Shown in pieces: positions 7,567 through 17,632 of a DNA stretch of 64,000 bases; position 1 is the stretch's first letter; each line of letters begins with the position of its first letter. The stretch comes from Gammaproteobacteria bacterium (GTDB taxonomy: Bacteria; Pseudomonadota; Gammaproteobacteria; SZUA-229). Under the pieces are notes generated by a model. That model saw nothing but the letters and a program-made list of their open reading frames with translations, was not told the DNA's origin and searched no databases. The position numbers and the translations under genes are program-made. Where the stretch lies: the NCBI GenBank assembly GCA_024636785.1, contig JAGXGK010000053.1, forward strand, positions 1,525 through 65,524. Direction: 5' to 3'.

Positions 7567-8256
7567 TTATGCAACAACATCAAAAATTCGGCCTACTCCT
7601 GCGGTAAGTGCCATTGCGAGTGCACCCCAGAATGTAACTCTGATAGCACCGATGGTTATTGATGCACCACCTGCACGTGCAGCAATCCCGCCAAGAAAAG
7701 CAAGAAAAACCAGAGAAGACACTGCAACAAGAACAATGAGTAAGTTAAATGGTACAGCCCACGCAACCAGCAATGGAAGTGCAGCACCAACTGTAAAGGT
7801 AACTGCAGAAGAAAATGCGGCTTGAACAGGCCGAGCATCGCCATTCTCTGAGATGCCTATTTCATCTCTAGCATGCGCGCCAAGGGCGTCATGTGCCATG
7901 AGCTGTTCAGCGACTAGCTGTGCTAGTGATGGCTCAACACCTCTTCCTTCATATATTTCAGCCAGTTCATTTTTTTCAAAATCACGATTTTCTTCTAATG
8001 ATTTTTTCTCAAGTGCAAGATCTGCATTTTCAGTATCAGACTGGGAGCTGACGGATACGTACTCACCGGCAGCCATCGACATTGCGCCTGCGACTAAGCC
8101 GGCAACACCGGCTATAAGAATTCCTTCATGAGCAGTATTCGCAGCTGCAACACCAATAATAAGACTAGCAGTTGAAACTATTCCGTCGTTTGCTCCGAGC
8201 ACGGCTGCACGCAACCATCCTACCCGATGCGATCTGTGGATTTCTGTATGACTCAT
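7567..8256 (-). CDS. VIT1/CCC1-family iron/manganese transporter
   Basis: The 229-aa product reads WLRAAVLGANDGIVSTASLIIGVAAA...MAAGEYVSVSSQSD. A Glu-rich cytosolic helix region follows, then three C-terminal TM helices. Confidence 0.85.
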   Translation of the reverse strand: MSHTEIHRSHRVGWLRAAVLGANDGIVSTASLIIGVAAANTAHEGILIAGVAGLVAGAMSMAAGEYVSVSSQSDTENADLALEKKSLEENRDFEKNELAEIYEGRGVEPSLAQLVAEQLMAHDALGAHARDEIGISENGDARPVQAAFSSAVTFTVGAALPLLVAWAVPFNLLIVLVAVSSLVFLAFLGGIAARAGGASITIGAIRVTFWGALAMALTAGVGRIFDVVA

Positions 8257-8431
8257 ATAATTTCCCTTTGATTATAACCACAGCTATCGTAAGTTAGCCG
8301 GATACCGGAATATCGAGAATAGTACGTTATTTACGGTCATGGTTGTTTTTCTAGCTTTGCCACGCATGCGTCCGATTACGCTACGCTAATCGGTATCTAC
8401 GAGCTACGTCGTTATGACGATAGCATGTATA

Positions 8432-8489
8432 TTGGGCTGACGTAGAATGCCCAACATCTCGTTGGGGTTAGTGCCTCTCCCCAATCTAC
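8432..8489. repeat. REP-like bipartite repeat, family D
   Basis: The element reads TTGGGCTGACGTAGAATGCCCAACATCTCGTTGGGGTTAGTGCCTCTCCCCAATCTAC. It overlaps the stop codon of the LapA-like gene. Confidence 0.7.
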
Positions 8490-8698
8490 AATCTTTGTCG
8501 GCTGCGAAAGATATAACCCAATAAAAAACCTACCAGTAATAAAACCAATATTAATATCACACGTGACATTTCCAATTTCCAGAAGAAGAAATTTACAGTT
8601 ACAACTTCGGTGTTCTGAAGTATAAAAACCAGGATAAAGATTGTGCTGATGATGCCTATGGCAAGATGCAGTTTTTGAGTGGGGGTTTTCGCATTCAT
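8486..8698 (-). CDS. LapA/DUF1049-family small membrane protein
   Basis: The 70-aa product has two TM helices. It shows the characteristic ILQNTEVVTVNFFFWKLEMSRVILILV pattern. Confidence 0.7.
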   Translation of the reverse strand: MNAKTPTQKLHLAIGIISTIFILVFILQNTEVVTVNFFFWKLEMSRVILILVLLLVGFLLGYIFRSRQRL

Positions 8699-8763
8699 AA
8701 TAAATGACTCCGTTTTTGTTTAATTACAACACCAATTTACAACTTAACATCAAAGCATAAGAA

Positions 8764-11388
8764 TTAGTTACCGGTATAGATAAGACCACGGCGTACCAGC
8801 CACTTTTCAATTTCGACGGCAAACAGCACCAGTGAAGAGAGCAGCAGACACACTACCAGATCGAACAGCGGTAGTGGCTGAGTGTGAAAAATATCATTCA
8901 GCGCCGGGGTGTAGATGACGGCCAGTTGTAACAGCAGCGTTAACAGTACCGCACCCAGCATTGGCAGGTTGCTGAACAGGCCGATGCTGAACAGTGAGGC
9001 ACTTTCGCTGCGCACGGCCAGTGAGTGAAACAGTTGTGAGACGGTGAGCACGGTGAATACAATGGTCTGCCAATATGGTACATCCCGGGAAATCGCCCAG
9101 GCCATGGAGGCGATAGAGATGCCACCAACAAACAGCCCGACCCAGATGATATGTTGCCACATACCATGTGCAAAAATACTTTCTCCCGGCGGACGCGGTG
9201 CGCGCTGCATGATGTTTGGCTCGGCGGGTTCGGCGGTAAATGCCAGCCCCGGCAGGCCGTCGGTGACCAGATTGATCCAGAGAATATGGATGGGCAACAG
9301 GGGGATGGGCAGGCCCATAAAGGGTGCGAGAAACAATGTCCAGATTTCACCGGAATTGGAGCTCATGGTGTCTTTGATGAACTTGCGGATGTTGTCGAAA
9401 ACGCGTCGCCCGGCTCGAACGGCGTGCACGATGGTGGCGAAGTTGTCATCGAGCAGCACCATGTCGGCGGCTTCGCGCGCGACGTCGGTGCCCTGTAAGC
9501 CCATGGCTATGCCAATACCGGCACGCTTTAATGCCGGTGCATCATTCACGCCATCGCCGGTCATGGCGACGAACTCACCATTCACCTGCAAGGCTTTTAC
9601 GATGCGAATTTTCTGCTCGGGCGTAACCCGCGCGTAGACCCGGATGGTTTCGACCATGCGGGCAAATTTTTCATCCGAGATTTGTGCCAGCGCCTCTCCG
9701 CTTAAAATTTCCTGGTCTTCACTGGCGATACCCAGACGGCGGGCGATGGCCATGGCGGTGCCGGCATGGTCGCCGGTAATCATCACCGGGGTAATGCCTG
9801 CGGTTAAACAGTCTGCAATTGCCTGCGGCACTTCCGGGCGTGGCGGATCGATCAGGGCCACCAGCCCGAGAAAAGTTAAATCCTGCTCGACCTCTTCCGC
9901 TGCCAGCGGTTCCGGCAGGCTGGCAAGTTCACGACTGGCAAAGGCCAACACCCGGAAACCTTCATTGGCCAGACGCTCGGCTTCGCGCAATATCGCCTCG
10001 GCATCGAAGTGCTCGTCGGCATCGCTGCCTGCGGCGGTTTTACATTGTGTCAGCAGTTTTTCCGGGGCGCCCTTGATGTAGGCGGTGACGGTTTCCGCCG
10101 ATTGATGCAAGGTGGTCATCTGTTTGCGTTTGCTGCTGAAGGCGATAGCCGCCAGACGCGGCAGCGACTGTTCCAGTTCCGCCTTGATAAAACCGGCCTG
10201 AGCAGCGGCTTCAAACACGGCCAGCTCGGTCGGCTCGCCGGCGGGTTCGCCATCTTTTTCGGTGACGTCATTGCTGATCGCCATGGCCTGCCCCAGTTGC
10301 TGACGCACCGCTTCGGCCTGCACCTCAGACAGTAAGGTATGCCATGCACCCGCCAGATAATACCGCTCAACAGTCATGCGATTCTGGGTGAGTGTGCCGG
10401 TCTTGTCGGTGCAGATATAGGTGACCGAGCCCAGCGTTTCCACAGCGGGCAGATTGCGCACCAGCGTCTTATGCCGCACCAGTTTGCGCGCCCCCAGCGT
10501 GAGTGAGATGGTGACAACGGCGGGCAGCGCTTCCGGTATCGCCGCCACCGCCAGACTAACGGCAGTGAGAAACATCAGCATGACCGGCTGCCCCTGAAAC
10601 AGTCCGGCGATGAACACAAGCGCGCAGATGGCCAGCACGGCGAGTGCCAGATAGCGACCAAAACGCGCCAGCCGCGCCTGCAACGGTGTCTTTACACCGG
10701 CCTCGTCCTGTAGCAGCTCTGCAATCCGGCCAAACTCTGTATTCAGCCCCGTGGCCACCACCACGCCCTCGCCCCGTCCGTGCGTTACAAGGCTGCTTTT
10801 GAATACCCGATTCTGACGATCACCAATCGGCAGCTCGGTGCTATCTAAAGTGGCGATCTGTTTTTCCACGGCATGCGATTCGCCGGTCAGGGCGGATTCA
10901 TCGATCTGCATCTCTTCAACTGTCAGTAGCCGCAGATCAGCGGGCACGACATTGCCCGCTGCCAGCACCACGACATCGCCCGGCACCAGTTCGGAGGAGG
11001 CCAGTGTGACCACCTTCGCATCACGATAAACCTGAGCCTCCGGCGTGGCCATTTTTTGTAGCGCGGCGACTGCGTGCTGCGCCCTGTATTCCTGCACGGC
11101 TCCGATAATCGCATTGAGCAGTACGATGACCAGAATGGCGATGGCGTCCGGCGGCTCACCGACCAGACCGGAAATCAGCGCTGCCGCCAGCAGCACCATA
11201 ATCATAAAATCGGCAAACTGCCCCAGCAACATCGACAGCAGGGAACGCCGCCGTTTTGTCGGAATGGCATTCGGGCCGTGTTCGGCCAGACGTTTTTTTG
11301 CTTCTACCGCGCTCAGGCCCGTGGCCGAAGATTCGAGCCGCTGCAAAGTTTCATCGACGTCTAGGGTGTGCCAGGCGGGTGCGGCCAT
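8764..11388 (-). CDS. Cation-translocating P-type ATPase, P2 (Ca2+-ATPase-like) subfamily
   Basis: Motifs seen are [44 protein letters not shown]4 [10 protein letters not shown] and TM6 [16 protein letters not shown] prefer the ATG at 11388 (MAAPAWHTL) over the track's TTG at 11403. That ATG sits 1 nt after the upstream gene's stop codon. Confidence 0.9.
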   Translation of the reverse strand: MAAPAWHTLDVDETLQRLESSATGLSAVEAKKRLAEHGPNAIPTKRRRSLLSMLLGQFADFMIMVLLAAALISGLVGEPPDAIAILVIVLLNAIIGAVQEYRAQHAVAALQKMATPEAQVYRDAKVVTLASSELVPGDVVVLAAGNVVPADLRLLTVEEMQIDESALTGESHAVEKQIATLDSTELPIGDRQNRVFKSSLVTHGRGEGVVVATGLNTEFGRIAELLQDEAGVKTPLQARLARFGRYLALAVLAICALVFIAGLFQGQPVMLMFLTAVSLAVAAIPEALPAVVTISLTLGARKLVRHKTLVRNLPAVETLGSVTYICTDKTGTLTQNRMTVERYYLAGAWHTLLSEVQAEAVRQQLGQAMAISNDVTEKDGEPAGEPTELAVFEAAAQAGFIKAELEQSLPRLAAIAFSSKRKQMTTLHQSAETVTAYIKGAPEKLLTQCKTAAGSDADEHFDAEAILREAERLANEGFRVLAFASRELASLPEPLAAEEVEQDLTFLGLVALIDPPRPEVPQAIADCLTAGITPVMITGDHAGTAMAIARRLGIASEDQEILSGEALAQISDEKFARMVETIRVYARVTPEQKIRIVKALQVNGEFVAMTGDGVNDAPALKRAGIGIAMGLQGTDVAREAADMVLLDDNFATIVHAVRAGRRVFDNIRKFIKDTMSSNSGEIWTLFLAPFMGLPIPLLPIHILWINLVTDGLPGLAFTAEPAEPNIMQRAPRPPGESIFAHGMWQHIIWVGLFVGGISIASMAWAISRDVPYWQTIVFTVLTVSQLFHSLAVRSESASLFSIGLFSNLPMLGAVLLTLLLQLAVIYTPALNDIFHTQPLPLFDLVVCLLLSSLVLFAVEIEKWLVRRGLIYTGN

Positions 11389-11389
11389 G

Positions 11390-11974
11390 TTACGAGCCCG
11401 CAATCAGATAGATAAGTAAGACCGTCACTATGGCGACGAATAAAGTCTGCAAGCCACTGCGCAGCCATGAGATCTGTGCGATGCTGCCCAGAAAAACACC
11501 CAGCAGAAAAATCAGCAGCAGCGCGATGATAATCGCGCTGTAGAGCGGCGAGAATGGCAGTGACACACCGGCGATAGAGAGTGCGATGGGAGAAAGAATT
11601 AATAGCGAAATCAGCAGCGGCGCCAGGCCATTAACCAGTGCCGTCAGCAGCGGTACCCAGCGCGTGGCATCGCCGTGCGCACTTTCCTTGAGATCGCTGA
11701 TCATCGCCTGTTCGAGTTTGTCGAGCGCATGTTTGCGTTCAGCCGATTCGCTGATATAGGCGCTGCTCAAACCGCTCATGCCCAGCGCAATGGCCGCACC
11801 CAGACAGACGCTGAGAATCACCGACAAATCATCCGCTTCACTGACGATAAATCCAATGATCAAACCCAGCATGGTGAGTGCGCCGTCAAAACCATTGACC
11901 ACCACATAACGGCGCATAATGTCGCGGTTATGGGTGATATCCAGTAAAAACTTTATCCGCTGCAACATGAGCAT
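11390..11974 (-). CDS. VIT/CCC1-like (DUF125-type) membrane protein, short form
   Basis: The 194-aa product reads RRYVVVNGFDGALTMLGLIIG...GLSSAYISESAERKHALDKLEQAM. Three C-terminal TM helices follow. It resembles VIT1 but is shorter than the paralog at 7567-8256. Confidence 0.65.
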   Translation of the reverse strand: MLMLQRIKFLLDITHNRDIMRRYVVVNGFDGALTMLGLIIGFIVSEADDLSVILSVCLGAAIALGMSGLSSAYISESAERKHALDKLEQAMISDLKESAHGDATRWVPLLTALVNGLAPLLISLLILSPIALSIAGVSLPFSPLYSAIIIALLLIFLLGVFLGSIAQISWLRSGLQTLFVAIVTVLLIYLIAGS

Positions 11975-11980
11975 AAAAAC

Positions 11981-12268
11981 TTAATCAGCCTCTACTTCAT
12001 GTTGAATTTCAGCTTCATTGCAAACTTCAACTTCATCGATGCTGTGCAGCGATCCGCCCAGATCTTTTATCACCGCCTGAACGGCTGCAAAATCTATGGT
12101 ATTGGCGATGATTTCTATTTGCACCGTTTCAGTGTTTTCATCTACCTCCAGCACGATCAGATGCACCCGATAATCAACACCGACACTGGCAATGCTCTGT
12201 GAAAATTCAAGCGTATTGGGTTGATGGGGTTTGAGCACATCCAGAACAATCCTTTTAACGTAAACCAT
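11981..12268 (-). CDS. DUF211-family protein (uncharacterised, archaeal-type COG1888)
   Basis: The 95-aa product contains RIVLDVLKPHQPNTLEF...VLEVDENTETVQIEI.ANTIDFAAVQAVIKDLGGSLHSIDEV. This matches the hallmark R(I/L)VLD(V/I)LKPH.P ... ID..TE..K..IEG..IDF..I...IE..GGSIHSIDEV pattern of DUF211. A GAGG SD lies upstream. Confidence 0.75.
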   Translation of the reverse strand: MVYVKRIVLDVLKPHQPNTLEFSQSIASVGVDYRVHLIVLEVDENTETVQIEIIANTIDFAAVQAVIKDLGGSLHSIDEVEVCNEAEIQHEVEAD

Positions 12269-12584
12269 AAATATTCAGCCTCTGTTTTTTTATTCTTATC
12301 CGGTGTAGCGGAAAAATGCTCTACTGCTATTTTTTTCCGCCGCTGCATTTTCGATTACTGCATTTCTGTTACAAACTTCCATTAAGTATATATGCTTACC
12401 CCAACTTAAACACAACGCTGAGGTAATGGCTTTATAATCTGACAACAGACCCGCTTGAGTTTATATTGACAATATTAAAAAATGGTAACAACCTTTTTTG
12501 TCAATCAACTGGCGAATTCTTTCAATTGCGCTCACACTAAACCAACAATACGAAAATACGCCACCAAAAAACAATAGATAACTC

Positions 12585-13661
12585 ATGGAATATTTCGATA
12601 AAACCTATCATCCACCAGGCACTTCGCCTGGAACACTGATCGACAATGAGGAAATCACTGCCGACAAATCCACTATTAGTGTACTTGATTACACCCCTCA
12701 TGATTTCATTGAAAAAGAACTCTCCAGTGCTGAAGAGTGCGCGCCTTATCTGGAAAAAGACAGCATCACCTGGATTCATTTGCAAGGCCCAATTCAGGCT
12801 GACACGCTCAAAAACATCGGCCATATATTTGAGCTGCATCCCCTGACTCTGGAGGATATTCTGAATAAAGGCCAGCGCCCCAAGATTGAAGAGTACGATG
12901 ATCTGCTGTTCATCATCATGTCCATGCCGACCGAGATTAACGGCACCATCATCATCGAACAGGTTTCAATTTTTAAGGGTGAAAACTACATCATCAGTGT
13001 TCACGCCGGCAGCCTCGATCCATTTGAACTGTTGCGACAGCGTTTGCGCAAGACCAACAGCGGCATTCGTCAAAAACAGGCCGACTATCTGCTCTACTGC
13101 ATTCTGGATTTAATTATCGACCAGGGCTATCCCATACTGGAAAATTTTAGCGAAAACATCGAAACCATCGAAGAGGAATTATTAAAAGCCTCCGCCAATA
13201 AAAATACGCTCGCCGACATTCACCGCATTCGCCGTGAGTTATTACTGTTAAGGCGTAACCTGTGGCCGCAACGCGAAGTGATCAACAATTTATTGCGGGG
13301 TGAAAACGCACTCATTCATAAAGACACATCGCCCTATATCCGCGACTGTTACGACCATACCATTCAAATTCTGGAGCTGATCGAGAACTACCGTGAAATG
13401 GCTGCCGGTTTGATTGATATGTATCTATCATTCACCAGCCAGCGCCTGAATGAGATCATGCGAGTACTCACCATGATCGCTACCATTTTCATCCCGCTGA
13501 CTTTTGTGGTGGGCCTGTACGGGATGAATTTCAGTCACCCGAACAGCCCCTGGGCCATGCCGGAACTAAACTGGTATTTTGGCTACCCCATAATATGGGG
13601 AGTTATGATTGCCATAGTTGCGGGTATGATTTTCTATTTTAAACGCAAACACTGGCTTTAG
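12585..13661 (+). CDS. corA: Magnesium/cobalt transporter CorA
   Basis: The 358-aa product has a CorA cytoplasmic domain. The C-terminal TM pair carries VGLYGMNFSHPNSPWAMPEL. Confidence 0.9.
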   Translation: MEYFDKTYHPPGTSPGTLIDNEEITADKSTISVLDYTPHDFIEKELSSAEECAPYLEKDSITWIHLQGPIQADTLKNIGHIFELHPLTLEDILNKGQRPKIEEYDDLLFIIMSMPTEINGTIIIEQVSIFKGENYIISVHAGSLDPFELLRQRLRKTNSGIRQKQADYLLYCILDLIIDQGYPILENFSENIETIEEELLKASANKNTLADIHRIRRELLLLRRNLWPQREVINNLLRGENALIHKDTSPYIRDCYDHTIQILELIENYREMAAGLIDMYLSFTSQRLNEIMRVLTMIATIFIPLTFVVGLYGMNFSHPNSPWAMPELNWYFGYPIIWGVMIAIVAGMIFYFKRKHWL

Positions 13662-13828
13662 CTGCTGCATAATAAACACGCCTATAAGACTAGATGAATG
13701 AGCATGTTTCACCTGCCTCAGTTAGAATATGTCTTATTAACTTAGACACTGCTTTGGCTTCGTTCTTAGCGGAGTCGTAATCCGGCAATGCACAAAATAA
13801 CCGTACAACTTTAGAAAGATTAGTACCC

Positions 13829-15199
13829 ATGAATCCTGCTACCGACGACGACATCCAGAAAAAAGAAGAGCTGCATCAGGTCGATTTCATTATTGGCCAG
13901 CTTAAGGGCGGAAATGATGCTGTCATCAGCAGGCATCTCGAACAACTGCATGCGGCTGAGATCGCCGACATTCTGGAATCACTGCCGCCCGATTTGCGTC
14001 GCCGTCTGTGGCAACTGCTGCCGGCTGAGATGGAGGGCGAGACTCTTATTTACCTCGGCGATGAGGCACGCAGCAGCATCATTGATGTAATGGAACATCA
14101 CGAAGTGGTGGCCGCCACCGAATCCATGGCGGTGACTGATCTCGCCGATGTCATGGATGAGTTGCCGGAAGATGTCAGCGAAGCGGTGCTGCAATCGCTG
14201 GACGCAGATCGCCGCCAGCGTCTGGAGACCACGCTCTCTTTCGCCGAAGGCACGGCGGGTCGTCTGATGAGCAGCGACGTTATCAGTGTGCGTAAGGATG
14301 TCTCTATCGCGGTAGTGCTGCGCTATCTGCGCCGACTTAAACCATTGCCGCACCATACCGACGCGCTGATGGTGACCGATGAACACGGCACCTATCTGGG
14401 CAAACTAACGCTGGCCGAAGCCGTTGCCGAACACCCTGATGCGCTGGTCGCCGAGGTTATGCAGGAGGCGACCGACCGGGTGCAGGTAGACGCGGATGAT
14501 CATGATGTAGCGCTGCTGTTCGAGCGTCGCGACCTGATCTCGGTGGCCGTGGTAGACGTGGATGACAAACTGGTGGGGCGCATTACGGTTGATAACGTAG
14601 TCGACATCATTCTCGCCGAAGCCAACAAGGCGCTGCTGGCCAGTGCCGGTCTAAGTGAAGATGAAGACCTTTTCGCTCCGGTTATTCACAGCACCAAACG
14701 TCGCGCCGTCTGGCTGGGCATCAATCTGGTGACGGTCTTTTTAGCGGCCTGGGTGATCGGGCGCTTCGAACTGGTGCTGGATAAAATCGTCGCCCTTGCC
14801 GTGCTGATGCCGGTGGTTGCCAGCATGGGCGGCATCGCCGGCAGCCAGACACTGACTCTGACCATCCGCGGTCTGGCACTGGGCCAGGTGAGCAGTTCCA
14901 ATCTGCGCTGGCTGGGCAACAAAGAGCTGATGGTGGGGTTGCTAAACGGTTTTATCTGGGCCGTTGTAGTAGCGATCGTGACATATCTCTGGTTTCAAAA
15001 CGCCAGCATTGCCCTGATTATTGCCGCCGCCATGATGCTCAATTTGATTGCCGCTGCTTTTTCCGGGGTATTGATTCCGGTGATACTGACGCGCATGGGC
15101 ATTGATCCGGCGTTGTCTGCGGCGGTGGTCTTGACCACGGTAACGGATGTGGTAGGTTTTCTCAGTTTTCTCGGACTGGCCACCCTCTTTCTTTTATGA
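13829..15199 (+). CDS. mgtE: Magnesium transporter MgtE
   Basis: The 456-aa product has the MgtE N-domain (LHAAEIADILESLPPDLRRRLW). A CBS pair follows, then a five-TM C-terminal domain (GGIAGSQTLTLTIRGLALG...TDVVGFLSFLGLA). Confidence 0.9.
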   Translation: MNPATDDDIQKKEELHQVDFIIGQLKGGNDAVISRHLEQLHAAEIADILESLPPDLRRRLWQLLPAEMEGETLIYLGDEARSSIIDVMEHHEVVAATESMAVTDLADVMDELPEDVSEAVLQSLDADRRQRLETTLSFAEGTAGRLMSSDVISVRKDVSIAVVLRYLRRLKPLPHHTDALMVTDEHGTYLGKLTLAEAVAEHPDALVAEVMQEATDRVQVDADDHDVALLFERRDLISVAVVDVDDKLVGRITVDNVVDIILAEANKALLASAGLSEDEDLFAPVIHSTKRRAVWLGINLVTVFLAAWVIGRFELVLDKIVALAVLMPVVASMGGIAGSQTLTLTIRGLALGQVSSSNLRWLGNKELMVGLLNGFIWAVVVAIVTYLWFQNASIALIIAAAMMLNLIAAAFSGVLIPVILTRMGIDPALSAAVVLTTVTDVVGFLSFLGLATLFLL

Positions 15200-15270
15200 A
15201 AACCGCCGTTATGAATACAGCCGCTGCTACAATCCGAACTCTTAATCTTAGCGTTGTACACTTGTTCCCA

Positions 15271-15432
15271 GGAGCCTGTCTGACTTGAAGAATCGAAGCG
15301 AAAATTTGACTGGGCGAGGACAGATTTTGCCGCTTTTGCAGGACAATAGTCGTTCTATTGCCCAAGAAAGCGGTGAAATATGGACCGGCCAGGCGGATTT
15401 GTAGCCGATTTCCTTCAGGTCAGACAGGCTCC
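15271..15432. mobile_element. MITE-like element, family B, copy 1 (162 bp)
   Basis: The 20-bp TIR is GGAGCCTGTCTGACTTGAAG ... CTTCAGGTCAGACAGGCTCC (19/20 match). The interior is about 80% identical to the reverse complement of 32048-32206. It lies in the mgtE-rimK intergenic region. Confidence 0.8.
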
Positions 15433-15472
15433 TAGTCACAAAAAACCCAACAAATTAATAAAGGATTCACTC

Positions 15473-16378
15473 ATGAAAATAGCCATACTTTCCCGCAACA
15501 AAAAACTCTACTCAACCCGTCGCCTGATTGAAGCCTGCGAACAACGCGGCCATGAACCCATCGTGCTCGATGTGCTGCGCTCCTACATGGAGGTAGTGCA
15601 GAGCAAGCCGGAGGTACATTTAAAAGGTCAGACGCTGGAGCCTGTTGATGCGGTAATTCCTCGCATTGGCGCTTCCATTACCTTCTACGGCACCGCCGTG
15701 CTCAGACAGTTTGAGATGATGGGCTCATTCCCCCTCAATGAGTCGGTTGCCATCTCCCGCTCACGTGACAAACTTCGTTCATTACAGTTGCTTTCGCGCA
15801 AGGGTGTGGGTTTGCCCAGCACCGGTTTCGCGCATCATCCTGATGATATTCAGGATCTGATCAAGATGGTCGGTGGTGCGCCGCTGGTCATCAAACTGCT
15901 GGAAGGCACACAAGGCATCGGCGTGGTACTGGCCGAAACCCGCAAAGCAGCTGAAAGTGTTATCGAAGCATTTATGGGGCTGAAAGCGAACATTATGGTA
16001 CAGGAATATATTAAAGAGGCCGGCGGCGCGGATATCCGCTGCCTGGTCATCGGCGATAAAGTTGTCGCCACCATGAAACGTCAGGCCCTGCCCGGCGAAT
16101 TCCGCTCTAATCTGCATCGCGGCGGCAGCGCGACCTTGATCAAGATCACGCCGACCGAACGCGCCACCGCAGTTAAGGCCGCCAAAATCATGGGGCTCAA
16201 TGTCGCCGGTGTCGACCTGCTACGTTCAGAGCGTGGACCGCTGGTGATGGAAGTAAATTCTTCGCCCGGTCTTGAAGGCATCGAAGTGGCCACCGGCAAG
16301 GATATTGCCGGCATGATCATCGACTTCATCGAAAAAAATGCCAAACCCAATAGCACAAGAACCAAAGGCAAAGGATAA
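15473..16378 (+). CDS. rimK: Ribosomal protein S6 L-glutamate ligase RimK (ATP-grasp)
   Basis: [28 protein letters not shown]... is the typical RimK N-terminus. ATP-grasp motifs are present throughout. The track ORF starts at 15380 inside the MITE, so I use the ATG at 15473. Confidence 0.9.
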   Translation: MKIAILSRNKKLYSTRRLIEACEQRGHEPIVLDVLRSYMEVVQSKPEVHLKGQTLEPVDAVIPRIGASITFYGTAVLRQFEMMGSFPLNESVAISRSRDKLRSLQLLSRKGVGLPSTGFAHHPDDIQDLIKMVGGAPLVIKLLEGTQGIGVVLAETRKAAESVIEAFMGLKANIMVQEYIKEAGGADIRCLVIGDKVVATMKRQALPGEFRSNLHRGGSATLIKITPTERATAVKAAKIMGLNVAGVDLLRSERGPLVMEVNSSPGLEGIEVATGKDIAGMIIDFIEKNAKPNSTRTKGKG

Positions 16379-16381
16379 CCC

Positions 16382-17434
16382 ATGTCCGACCAGCCCTTAA
16401 CGATTAACGGCGTCACCTTTTCGGCAGGCACACGCACCACCGTCGAGCTGCCGGTGGGTCGTCTTTGCACTCATACCCCCATGACCATGCCGGTGCATGT
16501 TGTCCGGGGCAAAAAATCCGGCCCGCGTCTTTTTATCAGCGCCGCCATTCACGGTGATGAAATTAATGGTGTGGAGATTATCCGCCGGCTGCTGAAAAGC
16601 CCCGTGCTCAAGCAGCTACGCGGCACCATCATTGCGGTTCCCATCGTCAACGCTCACGGCTTCATCAGCCAGTCGCGTTATTTGCCCGACAGGCGTGATC
16701 TGAACCGATCTTTCCCCGGCAGCGAACAGGGTTCACTGGCGGCGCGACTGGCGAATCTGTTTATGCAGGAAATTGTCTGCAAGAGCACCCACGGCATCGA
16801 CATTCATACCGGTGCGCGTCACCGCGATAACCTGCCCCAGATCCGCGCTAATCTGGATGATGAAGAAACTAATCAGTTAGCCAGAGCGTTTAATGTTCCC
16901 GTCATCATCTCCTCCAATCTGCGCGACGGCTCGTTGCGCGAATCGGCTGCGGAATATGGTATTCCCATGCTGCTGTACGAAGCAGGTGAAGCCTTGCGCT
17001 TCGATGAGGTTTCGATTCGAGCCGGAGTGAAAGGCATCATCAATGTCATGCGGCTGCTGAAAATGCTGCCGCCGTCACGCCGAACCTCTAAAAAGCAGAG
17101 AGAGGCCGTGATCGCCAATTCCAGCGCCTGGGTTCGCGCCCCCGACAGTGGCATTTTTCGCGCCATGGTGGCACTGGGTAGCTGGGTAAAAAAAGACACG
17201 CTACTGGGCGTGATTGCCGACCCTTTTGGCGAAACCGAAAGCCGGATTACCGCCACCTTTAGTGGCATTGTTATAGGCAGAACCAACCTGCCGCTAACCA
17301 ATGAAGGTGATGCGCTATTTCATATTGCCCGCTTTGAACACGTCGAAGATGCGGCCAGTACGGTCGATGCGTTTAATGAAGAATATGCTCATGAATTAAT
17401 TCCCTATACCCATATGGAAAGTCCGATTGCTTAG
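16382..17434 (+). CDS. Succinylglutamate desuccinylase/aspartoacylase (AstE/AspA, M14-like) family deacylase
   Basis: The 350-aa product carries zinc-site-like motifs: AAIHGDEINGVEI ... DLNRSFPG ... GIDIHTG. Its start is 3 nt after the rimK stop. Confidence 0.75.
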   Translation: MSDQPLTINGVTFSAGTRTTVELPVGRLCTHTPMTMPVHVVRGKKSGPRLFISAAIHGDEINGVEIIRRLLKSPVLKQLRGTIIAVPIVNAHGFISQSRYLPDRRDLNRSFPGSEQGSLAARLANLFMQEIVCKSTHGIDIHTGARHRDNLPQIRANLDDEETNQLARAFNVPVIISSNLRDGSLRESAAEYGIPMLLYEAGEALRFDEVSIRAGVKGIINVMRLLKMLPPSRRTSKKQREAVIANSSAWVRAPDSGIFRAMVALGSWVKKDTLLGVIADPFGETESRITATFSGIVIGRTNLPLTNEGDALFHIARFEHVEDAASTVDAFNEEYAHELIPYTHMESPIA

Positions 17435-17632
17435 GTGCATTTTTGAGCTGATGAAATGAAAATGAATAGTTTGATACCGGCTCTGTTTTAAAAAGCTGTT
17501 TGACTTTTTTAACGGGAAGCAACAAAAAAATTCTATTTGATCTGTACCTGAATCCATGGCTTAACCGCAGATTCAGGCTGTAGTTAAACCAGTCGGAATA
17601 AATGTTAGCCCGCTAAGGGACCCGGAACATAT

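Noticed and set aside
8894-11419. Many 60-200 aa ORFs on both strands inside the P-type ATPase gene (for example 9044..9637 and 9644..10081)
   Set aside because: They have Arg/Ala/Ser/Pro-rich composition and no recognisable motifs. They are fully nested in a well-supported 874-aa gene and are typical shadow ORFs. The same applies to ORFs nested in tamB, ppk, ppx, icd, the metalloprotease and hisZ.
13662-13828. Possible Mg2+-sensing M-box riboswitch upstream of mgtE
   Set aside because: I could not recognise the conserved M-box core or a convincing multi-helix fold in the 167-nt leader. A covariance-model scan would settle this.
15380-15472. N-terminal extensions given by the ORF track for rimK (15380), the LOG gene (24255), cspA (29423), nnrS (36445), cbiX (45173), bcp (50621) and hisZ (61198)
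   Set aside because: Internal ATGs reproduce the conserved family N-termini and have better SD sequences. The rimK extension runs into a MITE.
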